Made by a program: the position numbers and the translations under genes. DNA of 63,997 nucleotides, the filler included, from Asterionella formosa (taxonomy: Eukaryota), in the NCBI GenBank assembly GCA_002256025.1. It is 4 parts of 4 records of this genome, joined end to end, with 100 filler letters (N's around TTAATTAATTAA, not from the genome) between each part and the next. Parts side by side here need not be neighbours in the genome. Positions count along the whole stretch, not along the records: positions 48,103 to 63,997 come from NKIB01005219.1; 3 more parts are not named here. One strand, given 5' to 3'. Below are positions 48,918 to 61,638 of the stretch, piece by piece. The notes under the pieces were generated by a model. That model made no database searches. It was not told the DNA's origin and worked only from the letters and a program-made list of their open reading frames with translations. The number at the start of each line of letters is the position of its first letter. Positions within the stretch are counted from its first letter, which is position 1.

Positions 48918-51143
48918 TCAACATGTTTGGAAATGGCGGCGTCTGATCTCCTCTGTGATATGTATCCAGGTGATAGATTTGGTCTTGTTGTTGGAACTGG
49001 TGTGTGCATCACCTTCACGTTTGAACCAAAGGACCAATGTCTTCAGCTCAGCACAGGTATAATTGTTGGCAATCTTTCCAGTTCCTCTCAATTGCTGAAC
49101 CTTGGCTTCCATTGCAACGAATCTTTCCTTTGCTTTTTCTCCTTTTGGTTCCGGACAATTTGCTGTCGCTGTCTCCAATGAGTCTCCTGCATATATGTGC
49201 AAGTAAAGTTGGACCCAAACTTGTATTCCCAACAGCAAAGTGCAGCCCTGCAGTCATCCTTTTGTGCTGGTCAATTGCGGCTTGTGCTGTTTCCCTCCTT
49301 TTCCTTGTATTCTCATTTGCATTTGTTCCATTTCTTGCATCTTCTCTCGTGATATATTGAGCTCAGCAGGCGTCATGGTGCTACTATGGTTGTTAGCTTC
49401 ATTTCTTTGTATGCCTCCTCCATTTCGGGTCATCTGTATTTCTGGATGAAGCAGGGCATTGTAATTAAGTGGTCCTCAGCCCCGATCCAAAATCGCTTTT
49501 TGATTTGTTCGCTCACTTGCAAAACTCTGGTCCCATGGATGCGAAACAATTCCAACAACATCTGTCTTTTCAATTGCATAAGGCAAATTGTAAAGAGTCT
49601 TCTTAGTAAGAAGATCTCTCTTTGCATGTGTCAAATACATTTTGAAGCATCCGTTTTGTTTGGTGCTGTCTCCGACCTGCCAGTAACTTGTTCCATAGGG
49701 GATGCCAATGCAAACATTCCAAGGGTTGATTGGGGAATTGATATACTCCAAGAATGTAGGGTCGAAGCGACTCCCATGGCGATCAAGAATGAGAAAAGTA
49801 TAAACACCATCACTCCGGTCGAACAAACCGGATAAGTCAATTTGTTGGAGCATTGCAACTAATAGTTCCGCCGTGATTGAGCCAGATTCGGAGCAGCAGC
49901 ACATGGTTGGCATGGTGATTCCATTCAGCATACACACTGGTCCCTGGGGATAGCGTTTACCAATTCCAGAATTCGAAATCAGGTCATCATGCTCTCCATT
50001 CCATTCAGCAAAGGGGTCAAGGCCCTGCACCCACCCTGGTTCCAATTGTTTTGCTGCAAATATTTTCGCACACATCACAGGTTTGCCATCAGATGTTGTA
50101 AATCCTAACACAGTGAAGCAAATGAGCATCCTTTTGGGCACTTCATGTTTACGGCCTTGACTCTGACCCCAAAGTAAGCAACTTCTCCCCTCCGATTTGA
50201 CCATCCTTTGCTTGAGATGTATTGCTACCAACTCCATCAACAAACAGTAACTTCCCTGGATGCTTTAACATGTATTTGGTCTTCATTCCAAATGACTCCT
50301 CTTCAGTGGCGACTATGTGACCTTCTTTATTGAGCCACACCTGCTCGTCTAACTCTTCTGCAATTCCTCCCTTTACCATTTACTTGTATGTCTCGTTATA
50401 AATCAGTTCGAAGTTTGGATATGTACACCAGTCCGCCCGCTTACAATCGAATTTCACTCCCTTCTTTGCCTTAACATCGAATTTCACTCCCTTCTTTGCC
50501 TTGACTTTATGAAAATTCCTTTTCATGAAACCCCTCCAGTAACCAATTCCCAGTCCCTTTGTGTCTTCCACTCCGTCAGCATCTTGGTCTAGTTCGCAAG
50601 TTGAAGTCCTTTACGACATGTGATTGGTGACCTGATTTTCGACAGCTGATCAATTAGCTCAACAATATATGGTTCGACTTCCAACATTGGTGAGGAGGTT
50701 ACTGCTTATTTCAGCCCTCTGGGGTTGAATCGTTTTGTCCTTGATCTAACTGTTTCTTTCTTAATATCAACAGCCGGAGGAATAGCAAGCGCCTCCTTCT
50801 TCCACCTCTCAATTATGCAGGTCAGTGTGTTTTTGCCTGCTCGTTTGTATTTCTTTCTTTCTTCCTCTCTCACAATTATAAATTGTTCTGCTGAGTTCGC
50901 AATGCACTGCTTGGTCAAGTTCGCCATGGCAGTGCTAATGGCAGTTGTAATTCCCTTTGGACGACCTCCAAATGAAGTTGTGCTAGAAGTGACAATTGTA
51001 GAGGGAGCTGTAGTTAAGTCATCCATAGTAGAACTATTTTCTTTGTATTTTTCCAACACTACACCAGATAGAGAGTCTTCATCAATGTAGGAGAAACTCT
51101 CAAATTTATTAGACAGCTTTATATTTATTCCATCCATTGACAA
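48918..51143 (-). mobile_element. Degenerate pogo/Tc1-mariner-like (DDE_1-type) transposase pseudogene
   Basis: Collinear broken ORFs with LLFVDGVGSNT, FTVLGFTTSDGKPVMC, LILDRHGSRF (cf. LLDGHGSH/R) and PYGTSYWQVGDS. Multiple frameshifts and stops. Confidence 0.75.
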
Positions 51144-52894
51144 ATCAGATATTGCACTTGTTTGTGATTCATTATGCTGGAGGCTGTTGGGATTAGTTGC
51201 AGAAGATTCCGCCCTTCTCCATCATATTCACTCATTCTTATCATGCTGTATTGTCACTTCAGTTTTTCGCATCATGTGTTGCTTGAGATCCTTCATTTGA
51301 GGAAGTGGATGCATCATGACAAGGAACATGAAAGGCGTTTGCTCTTGACTTACTACCATCAATTGATTCCGCCCTTCTCTTCTAAGCCGCAAGTATCATT
51401 GTGCTTTATTATCACTTTCGTTTTCCGCGTCATCATCTGTGTCAATCCTTCAATTCAGGAGCAAAGTGTAAGCATGACAAGGAACATGAAAACAAATTTC
51501 AAATGTTTCAGCCATGAATACATGTATATATAAAGATTTGAAAGAAGTTTAATTATACAAAACATCCTGTGTATACTAATATCAATTTTGATTATACATA
51601 ATTCAAATATATACAATGCATGATGAGTTCATAGTTTTCCATGACCTGTTGAGTTTTTCAATTTTTTGTATGTCAATTCTTGTACCTACAAGTCAGTGGC
51701 TGATTTAATTAAGCCCCTTAATAAATGGGAGTAATCGCCAATTTTTCAAATGGTCGAAATCATAAATTTATGTATATAGACAAATTGACCAAAATTCATA
51801 TGGCCTACCGGTAGTACTGTATAATTGCTGGTATTTATTTCTATCATGGAAATACCACAATAGTGCAGCGGAAAACTGAATATGCTCATGTGTTTAGGAT
51901 CATTTGATCATATTTTTAAGATCAATTGATCCTGATTCTTGAAAATAAATGTTGATTGTTCATTTTCTCATCAACGACACCGTTCATCATATGATCAATA
52001 TGTTATGATCAAAGTTATAGGATAAACGAATCTAAATTCATTGATTAAAGATCATAGTTTATACCGGAGTAGTTGCTCATGCATGCAACCCCTTCCTCCC
52101 CCTGTATACAGTACGGAAGTGATAACCCCCAAGCTACCAAATTTTTATGTCTTGTAAGAATTGTCGCAGCATGCATGCATACATGACTCCTACTGGTATA
52201 TACAATGCGGAAATGATGACCACCAGACTACCAATCCTATAGGTCCTGTAGAATTATCGCAACATGGCTGCATATCTAATGAAAGGGCGGGAGGAGTCAT
52301 CCATGCACCTGTATAGTATGAAACATGGAAATGATCAAATGTAGCTAGTCTACAAAAGGAGCAGTGCATCAGCATATATGCCCTGATGTTGTTATTTTAA
52401 TTCCTATGAAATCTCTTGATCTGTTCTGCGCTTTTTCGCCACAATTGTTTTCATTGGCTGTTTCATTGGACAGCATTCGAATTGATTGTGCTTTGAACGA
52501 AGCAATGATCAAAGTCCACCCAATTGCAGAATGGTGAGTCTCACAACTAAGTATCAGCCAGTCGATTAAAATCGGACTGTCTTTTGTGCACCCTTGCTCG
52601 TTTTGTTTGTGTTTGACTTGGCAGCTGTCAGCCAAGAGCAGCCATGGCATGCCACCATCTATTGTCTATACAAGTTTCAAATGCGTTCAGCTATGATAAC
52701 TTTTGATCCCCCCCTAAATACTATCTCACCACGCACCCTTGTCATAGCTTTTTCTTTATCCTATTGCTTCACAGGCCAAGGTCACTCAATGCCTTCATCT
52801 ACAAGGAGTTCAGCCAAGCAGGTCCCCGTTGGCTGGCGTCAAGAAAACCTCAATGGCACCATAAAACAACAATCAACAGATCATGGCGGCTTTT

Positions 52895-54452
52895 CTCCAT
52901 CCTGATACCTCTTTTTATGTTCGTTCTCAGAAAATCAACATTCGCCATGACGGCATTGATCTCGTGTACATCGAATACTATGCTGGATAGAAATCGGCCT
53001 TAAATTGGTGGAGAAAGATGGTTTTGAATTTTCGTTTTTACAGCATTGATCATGATATCAGTCCACCATCACCGAAAATTTACACATCCGGATGCCTCCT
53101 TTGATCAGCATATGTTCGTTCTCAGAATATTAACATTGGCCATGACGACATTGATCTCGTTGACATCGAATTCTATGCTGGAGAGAAATCAGCCTTAAAA
53201 TGGTGAGAGGATGATGGTTTGGAATTTTTGTTGGAACAACACTGGTCATGCAGCAGTCCACAGCAAGCACCGAAATTTTACACACCCTCCTGATGACCAA
53301 TTTGATCAATATATGTTCGTTCTGAGAATATCGATATTCGAAATGACGGCAGTGAACTCGTGTACATCGAATACTTTGCTGAATAAAAATCGGCCTTTAA
53401 TTGGTATAGCAAGATGGTTCGGAATTTTTGTAACCACAGCACTGATGTTCAGTCCATAGCAAGCACCGAAATTTTACACAACATTCTGATGACCAATTCA
53501 ATTAATATATGTCTATTCTAAGAATATCGACATTCGCCATGTCGGCTTTGATATCGTGTATATCGAATGCTATTCTAGATAGAAATCAGCCTTAAAATGG
53601 TGGAGCAAGATGGTTTGGAATTTTTGTTGCCACAGCACTTACAATCAGTCCACAAGCACCGAAAATTTATTTCACATCCTGATGAACAATTTGATCAAAA
53701 TATGTTTGTTCTTAGTATATCGACATTCATTATGACGGCATTGATGTCGTGTTCATCGAATACTATGATTGATATAAACTAGAATTATATTGGTGGAGAA
53801 AGATGGATTGGAACTTTTGTTACTGATGATCTGTCCACAAGCATCCGAAAAATTATACATCCATATGTTCGTTCTGATCATATCAACATTCGACATGACT
53901 TCATTGATTTCGTGTACATCAAATACTATGCTAGATAGAAATTGGCCTTAAATTGGTTGAGAAGGGTTGTTTGGAATTTTTGTTGCTTCTGCACTAATGA
54001 TCAAGCCACAAGTTCCGAAAATTTACAAACCATCCTGATGACCAATTTGATCAATGCATGTTCGTTCTGAGCGAGCATATCGACATTCGAAATATCGGCA
54101 TTGATCTCGTGTTTATCGAATACTATGCTAGATTGAAAGTGACAATGAATTGGTAGAGAAAGATGGATTGGAATATTGGTTGTTAAAGCACTGGTCATCA
54201 GTCCACAGTAGACACCTAAAATTTACACGCCATCCTGATGCCTCCTTTGGACAATATACGTTCGTTCTGAGCATATCGACATTCGACAAGAAGCCTTTGA
54301 TTTCGGGTACATCAAATAATATATTAGATAGAAATCGGCATCAAATTTGTTGAGAAAGAAATGAATTGGAATTTAGGTTGCTACAGCACTGGTTATCAGG
54401 CCACAGCAAGCACCGAAAATTTTACGCATCCTGATGACGAATTTGATCAATA
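52895..54452. repeat. Diverged tandem array, ~197-bp unit, ~8 copies
   Basis: Anchor ATGTTCGTTCT and variants at ~52917, 53112, 53313, 53509, 53702, 53865, 54058 and 54257. Confidence 0.92.
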
Positions 54453-55791
54453 CTGACTAAGCATGGACCGCGCCAGCTTTTTCTGAAGTACAATAAACAC
54501 AAATTTAGTACAAAATTAATGTTGGCGAGGAGGACTGTCCGCGCCAGCTTTCTTAATGAAAAACAGCTGCTGGAATTAAAGGAAGAAAATATCACATTCA
54601 TGGTAAAATGAAATTATTGTTATTGTTGTCGTTTTTGTCGTCTTTTCTGCTATCATGGTTGTGTTCTCATTGTTGGTATCCCTGTCCCTGTTGTTTCTGC
54701 TGTTATTTTTCTTGTTCTTATTCTATTGTTCTTTCCTTGTGGTTACTGTGGCTGTATACCCTTCTCTTCCTTGGTGTTCCTCGCCCTGCGTTTGAACTTG
54801 AACATGCATTGTTTGATATGGAATGTGAAAAGGTCTTGTTTGTTAAAAACCAGCCATCATCTGACTCTGTGAATCTTGTTCTTCCCTTCCAGATAACAAG
54901 GACTCTGTTGTGGGCCGGTTCATCTGGAAGAAACAGGTAGGCTTTTTTTGTTTCTCCTTGTCATCACAGAAAGGATGTATCTGAAAGTTCGAGAAATATA
55001 TGGTAAGCAGTTAACATTTTGGTAAATGGAAACAGGTCTTTTGTAACATTGTTGTTGTTCTTTTTTTGTTGTTCTGCACCGTTGCTCGTTTTGCTTCGAA
55101 TTGTGTTGGGAACAATGTTTGATTGCTGTTGTAGTTTCTTTACCTCCATTTCGTTTTTGCTCTTACTTGTGCCGTTTGGAATTGGAAAAGTGGTCAGTCA
55201 TGAACTTACTCTGCAAACCTTGTTCTTTTTCTACAGAAAATCAATCTGTTTTTGGCAGGACAGGGTTGAACCTTGGGAATAGTGAAATGCGTCGTGCTAT
55301 CCTGTGTCAGGCAGGCTATCAATCATCTTTTATTCGCATTGTTGAAAGGATTCCTCTGGTGCATAGGGGACAAATATATTCATGGTAAGCAAGTGCAATG
55401 TTTTCTTGCCTTCTGCTGATATTGTTTGCTGTTGCTTGTTGTGGGCGGATCTCCTCTCCTATTCTCCTTTGTCTTTGTTCGGAATTGTTAGCGCAGGCAT
55501 TGCTTATCTGTAATGAATTAGAAGAAAGGCTTGATTGTGTGCTTGTTAATTGTTGATCACAAACTTGCTATGCAAATGCTGTTCTATGTCTACAAACAAT
55601 AAATCTGTTGAGCAAGGGATTTGTTGGGAATCAGGCGGCATGGTAAGCACAACGAGAACATTGCCTTTGTAACAATTATTTGTCCATGAACTCACTCTGC
55701 AACCGTTGTTCACTGATTGCAGACAATCAATTTGATGAAGGCTGTGTTGGACATTGGGGAACATGGTACATCTAAGCAGCAAAATACGCCA

Positions 55792-56146
55792 CTTTTCGAA
55801 ATTTCGTCTATGTATGAGTGTTAATTATGCGGTACTTCACATGCATTAATGCCACTCTTCACCTAAAAAAGATTACTTTTATCGGTTTTATGTGAAGTTT
55901 TAACTGTTTCAGGTGAAGTTTTCACAATGAATTTTGAACGCGAGACTGAATTAGTTGATGTTTCAAATAATTCATTTGACTTTTCGAAATTTCGTCTATG
56001 TACGAGTGTTAATTATGTGGTACTTCACATGCATTAATGCCACTCTTCACGTAAAAAAGATTACTTTTCACGGTTTCATGTGAAGTTTTCACAATGAATT
56101 TTGAACGGGAGACTGAATTAGTTGATGTTTCAAATAATTCATTTGA
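55792..56146. repeat. Tandem duplication (~188 + ~167 bp)
   Basis: CTTTTCGAAATTTCGTCTATGTA...GAATTAGTTGATGTTTCAAATAATTCATTTGA twice. Confidence 0.9.
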
Positions 56147-56581
56147 AAGTTCAACTAAGATCCTGCTTATTTTACTTAATGAAATAGTAAGGATATTTGT
56201 GGTGTCTAATGTCATCCATCTGAGATCAAAGTTTTACGGTTGTACACATCACATGGAGAACTCACACTTTCCGGTAAAAAAGCTCCCTCTTCCCAGTTTT
56301 CATGTTATGTAGGTTATTACCGGTACTAGGTAACTGTACTACTAGCCAGTAGTAAGCAACCCAATTTTTTTTAAGTGATTATTATTACTCAAAATCAACA
56401 CTGGTGGTATGGTAGTATTGTTTGCCAAATATGTGCCAAACAAGGTCGATTCCACTTACCAATCCAGAAGCCTAAAGCACATTAGAGACTGATAGTGATA
56501 CTTGCTTGATAAGCAAATTTTAGCTACCGGTTCTTCTTATTTTTCTCTCGCCAACACAGCACTGCAACGACAGCAAATATC

Positions 56582-58066
56582 ATGGATCTGTGTGACAATA
56601 ACGACGAGGAAAAATGTCAATTCTGTGGTAAAGGTCCTTTTAAATCAGTTCATGGTCATCACAGACACAGCCTCTTGAGTGGGCAACAATATATGATTCA
56701 ATCTCAGATTCAAGCATCGCAGACATCATCATTGGTAGCGACTTCGCCAAGAGATGGACGACACCACTCTCAAGACCCCCTTGCAAAATTCCTGAAACAA
56801 TCGCCACCAGCCATTGATTTCGTTCAAACAGTTTGTTTTGATGCTGATGACTATGATAATGGTTTATTCCTTGATAGTTTAGTAGATCATGATGCTGCTG
56901 CTATTAATAGTCCAATCATTCAGAACGGAAAAATAAACGACATTGTAAACCCTACCAACTTCCGATTTTGCCAAGAAGATCCAGGTACAGCCTACACACA
57001 AAAGGATGTTGTAAAAACGGAGCTACTTAGCATTTTACTTGGTAGCAGGTCACCATTATATCTTTATGATGCAATTCTTAAATGGAATGTCTCTTCTCAA
57101 ATGGCAGGAATGACGATTTTAGAAGCTATTCCTCAACGTCGAAACACATATCTGAAATATCTGTTTACCCGGTTTGAGATAGAAGACCAAAAGCCATGTG
57201 TTAAGGCAGTCACCCTCCACTGTGGTAGAAGTGTTGAGGTTGTTTGCTTTGATTTTCTTGTTGCAATCAAGAGATTACTTTCCAATCCCAGATTAATGCA
57301 TCCCAATAATGTTTCATTTGATTTTTCTGATCCCTGCAAGGCTCCACAACCGTCTGATGTCCTTTCAGAATTACACACCAGGAGTTGGTGGATTGACGCT
57401 CACAACTGCCTGTGCATTCAACCCAATGATTTTCTCATCCCTCTCATGTTTTTCATTGATAGAACACATACTGTAGAAAATTCTAAATTCACCATGGAGC
57501 CAGTTTTGTTTCTCTTGGGATTTTCCGTACAACTGTAAGGAACAAAGTCATTGCTTGGCGCCCCCTTGGTCTTATACCAAAACTTGATGATCAGAGTCTT
57601 GCAATGAACAAAAATATGACTGCCGACGATAGTAAGTGCAAGGATTGTCATACAATTTTGTATTGTCGGGAGTTCAAGAGACTAGAAATCTGGTGGCTTC
57701 AAGTATAATTTCAATTTCCATGGCAAACAGCATAGCATGGTGGTTGTAAAGGTACCGGTCGGGTTGGTGCTTGGCGATGCGGAAGGATTGGACAATCAGT
57801 GTGGGAAGATTAAATATTACCTGAAAAATTTTCGTCTCTGTTGGGAATGTGATTGTTCATACAACAGTTTAGATAAACCATCAATCAAATGCTCTCCAGT
57901 AGGGCAAGTGGGTTATGCTGCCCTATTAGGAATGAACAACAAAAAACTAATGGATGCTGTGTCACAACGTTTTATTACACCTTGCTGGTATGCGTTAGAT
58001 TTTGGTGGAGATCCATTGGGAATCAATGGCCATTGCCCTCCTGAAAAGTTACACTCAAATACATGA
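56582..58066 (+). mobile_element. Plavaka-type transposase pseudogene
   Basis: N-terminal C2H2-like CQFCGK...HHRH. Motifs FDFLVAIKRLLSNP, SELHTRSWW, LIPLMFFIDRTH, then after a frameshift LVLGDAEGLDNQCG, CWECDC and PPEKLH, resembling the Plavaka transposase family. Confidence 0.72.
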
Positions 58067-58209
58067 GGGAATGATGCGTTATCTCATTCTTCTGTTCTCG
58101 GTAAAGTTCGCTCGGCACTGTTACCTCTGCTCAGGTGTTGAAAAATAGAACCGCTTTTGATACATTATTCATAAAAGTGTCAAAGATGATACAGCATCAA
58201 AGCGATTGG

Positions 58210-58738
58210 GCTATTTTGACGGCTGATAACTCACACTGATCTTCCTCTACATTCAATTGACATTGCAGCAAACCCTTTCAATTCAGGAGCATTCAGATGA
58301 AATCCAGGATTGAGTATTGTTGCTTTCTGATTCTGTGTTAATGTCATATGAAAAAAGGGCTCCGTAAATCATGAGTTGTTAGTGTGCCTTGGCGTGCTGT
58401 TTGTCATGCTGCCAGCTGATGCTGTATTTCTACTGAATTATTGAATGACAATGCGAATCTTTATGTGCCAGCAGCTACCTCGACTCAAATAAAAGAACTC
58501 TGCAATACAGTTGAATGGTGAGTGTGTTTTTGTTGTGTACCTAAATGCTAGTATGGCTTGTCAGCTCACGCATTGTTGTTGACAACAGGCAGGGACAATG
58601 AGGTACGGAATGAAAGGTGTTCTGGTAAGATTACTGTGCTATTTTGACGGCTATATGAGCAACGCTACAGATAACTCACACTGATCTTCCTCTACATTCA
58701 AATGACATTGCAGCAAATCCTTTCAGTGCAGGAGCATT
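58210..58738. repeat. Dispersed ~85-100-bp direct repeat pair
   Basis: GCTATTTTGACGGCT...GATAACTCACACTGATCTTCCTCTACATTCAA..GACATTGCAGCAAA at ~58210 and ~58638. Confidence 0.85.
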
Positions 58739-58784
58739 TGCATGCCGTTCCGAATGAGCAGGCCTTATTTCATTAATGAAACTC

Positions 58785-60015
58785 TTTAATTTAGTTGAAC
58801 TACCTGCAGTAAAATAGTTGAACAACCTTCAGAAAAATAGTGGAATGGCCTTCAGATAATTAGTTGAACAACCTTGTGATAATTAGTTGAATGAACTCGA
58901 GAAAATTACGTAAACAAATTTTACATATTAAGTGAACTTTATTCTAGAATTATGTGAACGAAATTATAAGGCAATGTGAACTAAATTACAGAATGACGTG
59001 AAGTATTTCAAATAATTACTTGATGTATTTCAAATAATTACTTGATGTATTTCAAATAATTACGTGAAGGTGATGACGTAATATAGTGATGATCAGGAAT
59101 GCATGCATGATAGTACTTTGATCAAATATTTAACGTGATGTATTCAGATAATATATAGATATATTCAACTATGTATTTTGATGTATTCAACTAATTAATG
59201 TGATGCATTCAAAATCAACTAGGCTTATTTATGTGATGGTCACTTCACGTAATATGCGGCTTAGATGTAAGGAGCACAACAGAACCGAAATCATGGCTTC
59301 GCAACTTTTATTTTCTCATCAACTCACTCTGCAAATGTCGCCCTCTTTCTACAACAGACAATCAATCTGAGCAGTGAGAATGAGCAGCCGGCTCATTTGC
59401 TATGAATTGATCTACCGATAGTAGCAACAGGGACTCCTGCAAGTACAAGTAGCCAGGCAATCTTGCAAATCGTTACAGCGTCCAGCTGCAAGAATGAACA
59501 TCCATTGCTTGTCGTATTGGTTCGAGAATCACGTTCTATAAAAAGTATCAATAAAAACTATATAGCAAAGCGATTAATTTGATTGATTTTGCGATTGTAG
59601 CTAGAATTTGATTTAAACGTTGATTGGTTACACATAATTATTTGTTTGACTAGCATATATATTTGTTTAACCTTGAGGTATTAATGTGATCAAAGTAAAG
59701 ATAAAATGGGAGCGAACTAACAGAATTAATGGTTGTCAGAGTGAAGAATATTTGTGAACGGAAATGTTGCGAATTGTAGAGAAAAGCACCGTATTATAGA
59801 GATTATTACTGAACAATGTTGCCAGAAAATATTGTCAGTTGGCCCCAAAAATTATGTGGGTTTCTAAAATAATTATGGAAGTAGTCGAAACTATTTTAGT
59901 TCACTCCGTTCATATATATTGTATGATGCATCATATTTTTATGTGATGTCATACCCTTAAGTTATGTACGTAGCTAAATTCGTCATGTTGGGCCACCCAA
60001 ATAATTAATTTGGTT
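58785..60015. repeat. Degenerate ~22-bp AT-rich subterminal-type repeats (AATTA-GTTG/CGTG/TGTG-A core)
   Basis: Near-perfect GTATTTCAAATAATTACTTGAT x3 at 59003-59068, plus many degenerate copies at 58785-59230 and 59700-60015. Confidence 0.65.
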
Positions 60016-61176
60016 GATCATTTTTGACTAGCGTTTTTTTGTGGCGGCTGTACCAGTAATCGGGGTTGTAGATGTATGAATCACCTCTTTACATGACGTG
60101 TCGATATGCATACTATGTCTGTTTGTCTGACAGTACCTATCTTATCTAATTATTGTTCTTCTATATCAACTTAATCTAATCACTTTTTTTTAACAAACAC
60201 ACCTTCCAATCTCCTTTGGAGTTTTTCAGGTTGGTTATCAGACTCCCCTCCTACCTCATCTCCTTGTTCATCAACTTTTTTGATCTCCCTCGTCCCCTCC
60301 TTCATTGCAGGTTATGAGACCAAGCTATTATCTTGTAATTCTCAAGCTATTCTCTTGTAATTCTCTTGCAATTCAAATAAAATTCAACATTTCAATTCGT
60401 CAACTTGTGCGTACTACTTCGTTGTTATCTTCACTTATTTGCTCTCTATTGGATTGTGATAACTCCTTGACATTGAACTTCAAGTCAATCATCAGCTATT
60501 CTATCTATTGTTGCTGTTGAAGCGATTTATCCAATCATAGAAAGAAAAGTAACATTATGAATTTTCAATCAGCCACCATTTTCTATTTCGTTTCATGGTG
60601 CATCTAAATCACTACTGGTGACACCTCAGACGTACCTTTCTACAAGTGGATACCAGAGTAATTTTCTGTGGACAAGGTTGCTCCACATTCCTTGTTACAC
60701 TTACTTTTCTGTGGACAAGTGTGCTCCACATTTTTTCTCCTTCCAGAAATCTCTAAGACAGCTGGTGTTCTGTGAAACACACGTCGATCTGCACAGCTTC
60801 TTCACATCAACTTATACCACGTCATTTATCGTCCATCTGTGGTATAAAACATGCACGGAAGAAAAAAACCATGAATAGGGTTAGCTGTGTCAGGATGATA
60901 ATTCGCTCCGCGTGATATTTCCACGCCGGTGGAACATGAACAGGAACAGGGTTACCGGTAGTAGTGTTAGTAATGTAACTCGATGGGCCTTCTGTTTGCG
61001 CGTTGTTTCACTATCACCTGCGTGGCCGGCTGCATTAAAATGCATGTGCCCTGCTATAAAATTATCATGTACAAATTTTCGCGTGAAATGGTTGTTTTCT
61101 TGATAAATCACGCGACTACATTCAGCAATGCGAAGACGATCTTTCGTTAAAACTGACACTAGTCACACTTGTTTTC

Positions 61177-61638
61177 TTGATGCATCATGGGATTGTCGTC
61201 AACTTCAACTATATATACTCTATACATTCACATGATTACTCTTTACTTGTTGCCACAGCCCATTGCATGGTTGGCAGTATTGTTCAACAAGTGGTTGTTA
61301 ATTTTACAAGATTTGACGTGTTACAGGCCCATGATGGGTATGTTAACTTATCGAGCTTTGACAACCTAACTGTACAACAAAATGGAGGATACGTCAGGAA
61401 TATTCCCAAAGTTATTCGACACCCAGATCATGACAGTTATACAAAAGTAGATAAAATTGCTCTTGTTTTTCTAGATTCTCCAGTATTTGGGATACCACTC
61501 ATTAAGATCAATGGAAATAATACTAATGTCCCATACGATCATCAATTATTAACTATGATTGGTGCTGGTCGGACCGAATTTGAGGAATCGTTACCTACAC
61601 AACTTATGGAAGTACGCGATTTTTTGGAGGGAGAGTAG
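61177..61638 (+). pseudogene. Trypsin-like (S1) serine protease fragment
   Basis: LVATAHC (cf. TAAHC), VIRHPDH...DKIALVFL (cf. HP.Y...NDIAL) and LTMIGAGRT...LMEV. Truncated before the GDSGG serine motif. Confidence 0.6.

Noticed and set aside
48380..51830. Terminal inverted repeats for the pogo-like element
   Set aside because: Candidate CAGTA...TACTG ends do not extend into a convincing inverted match.
52895..54452. Repeat-protein gene or CRISPR array in the 197-bp array
   Set aside because: Units are similar along their whole length (no spacers), and stops and indels break every frame.
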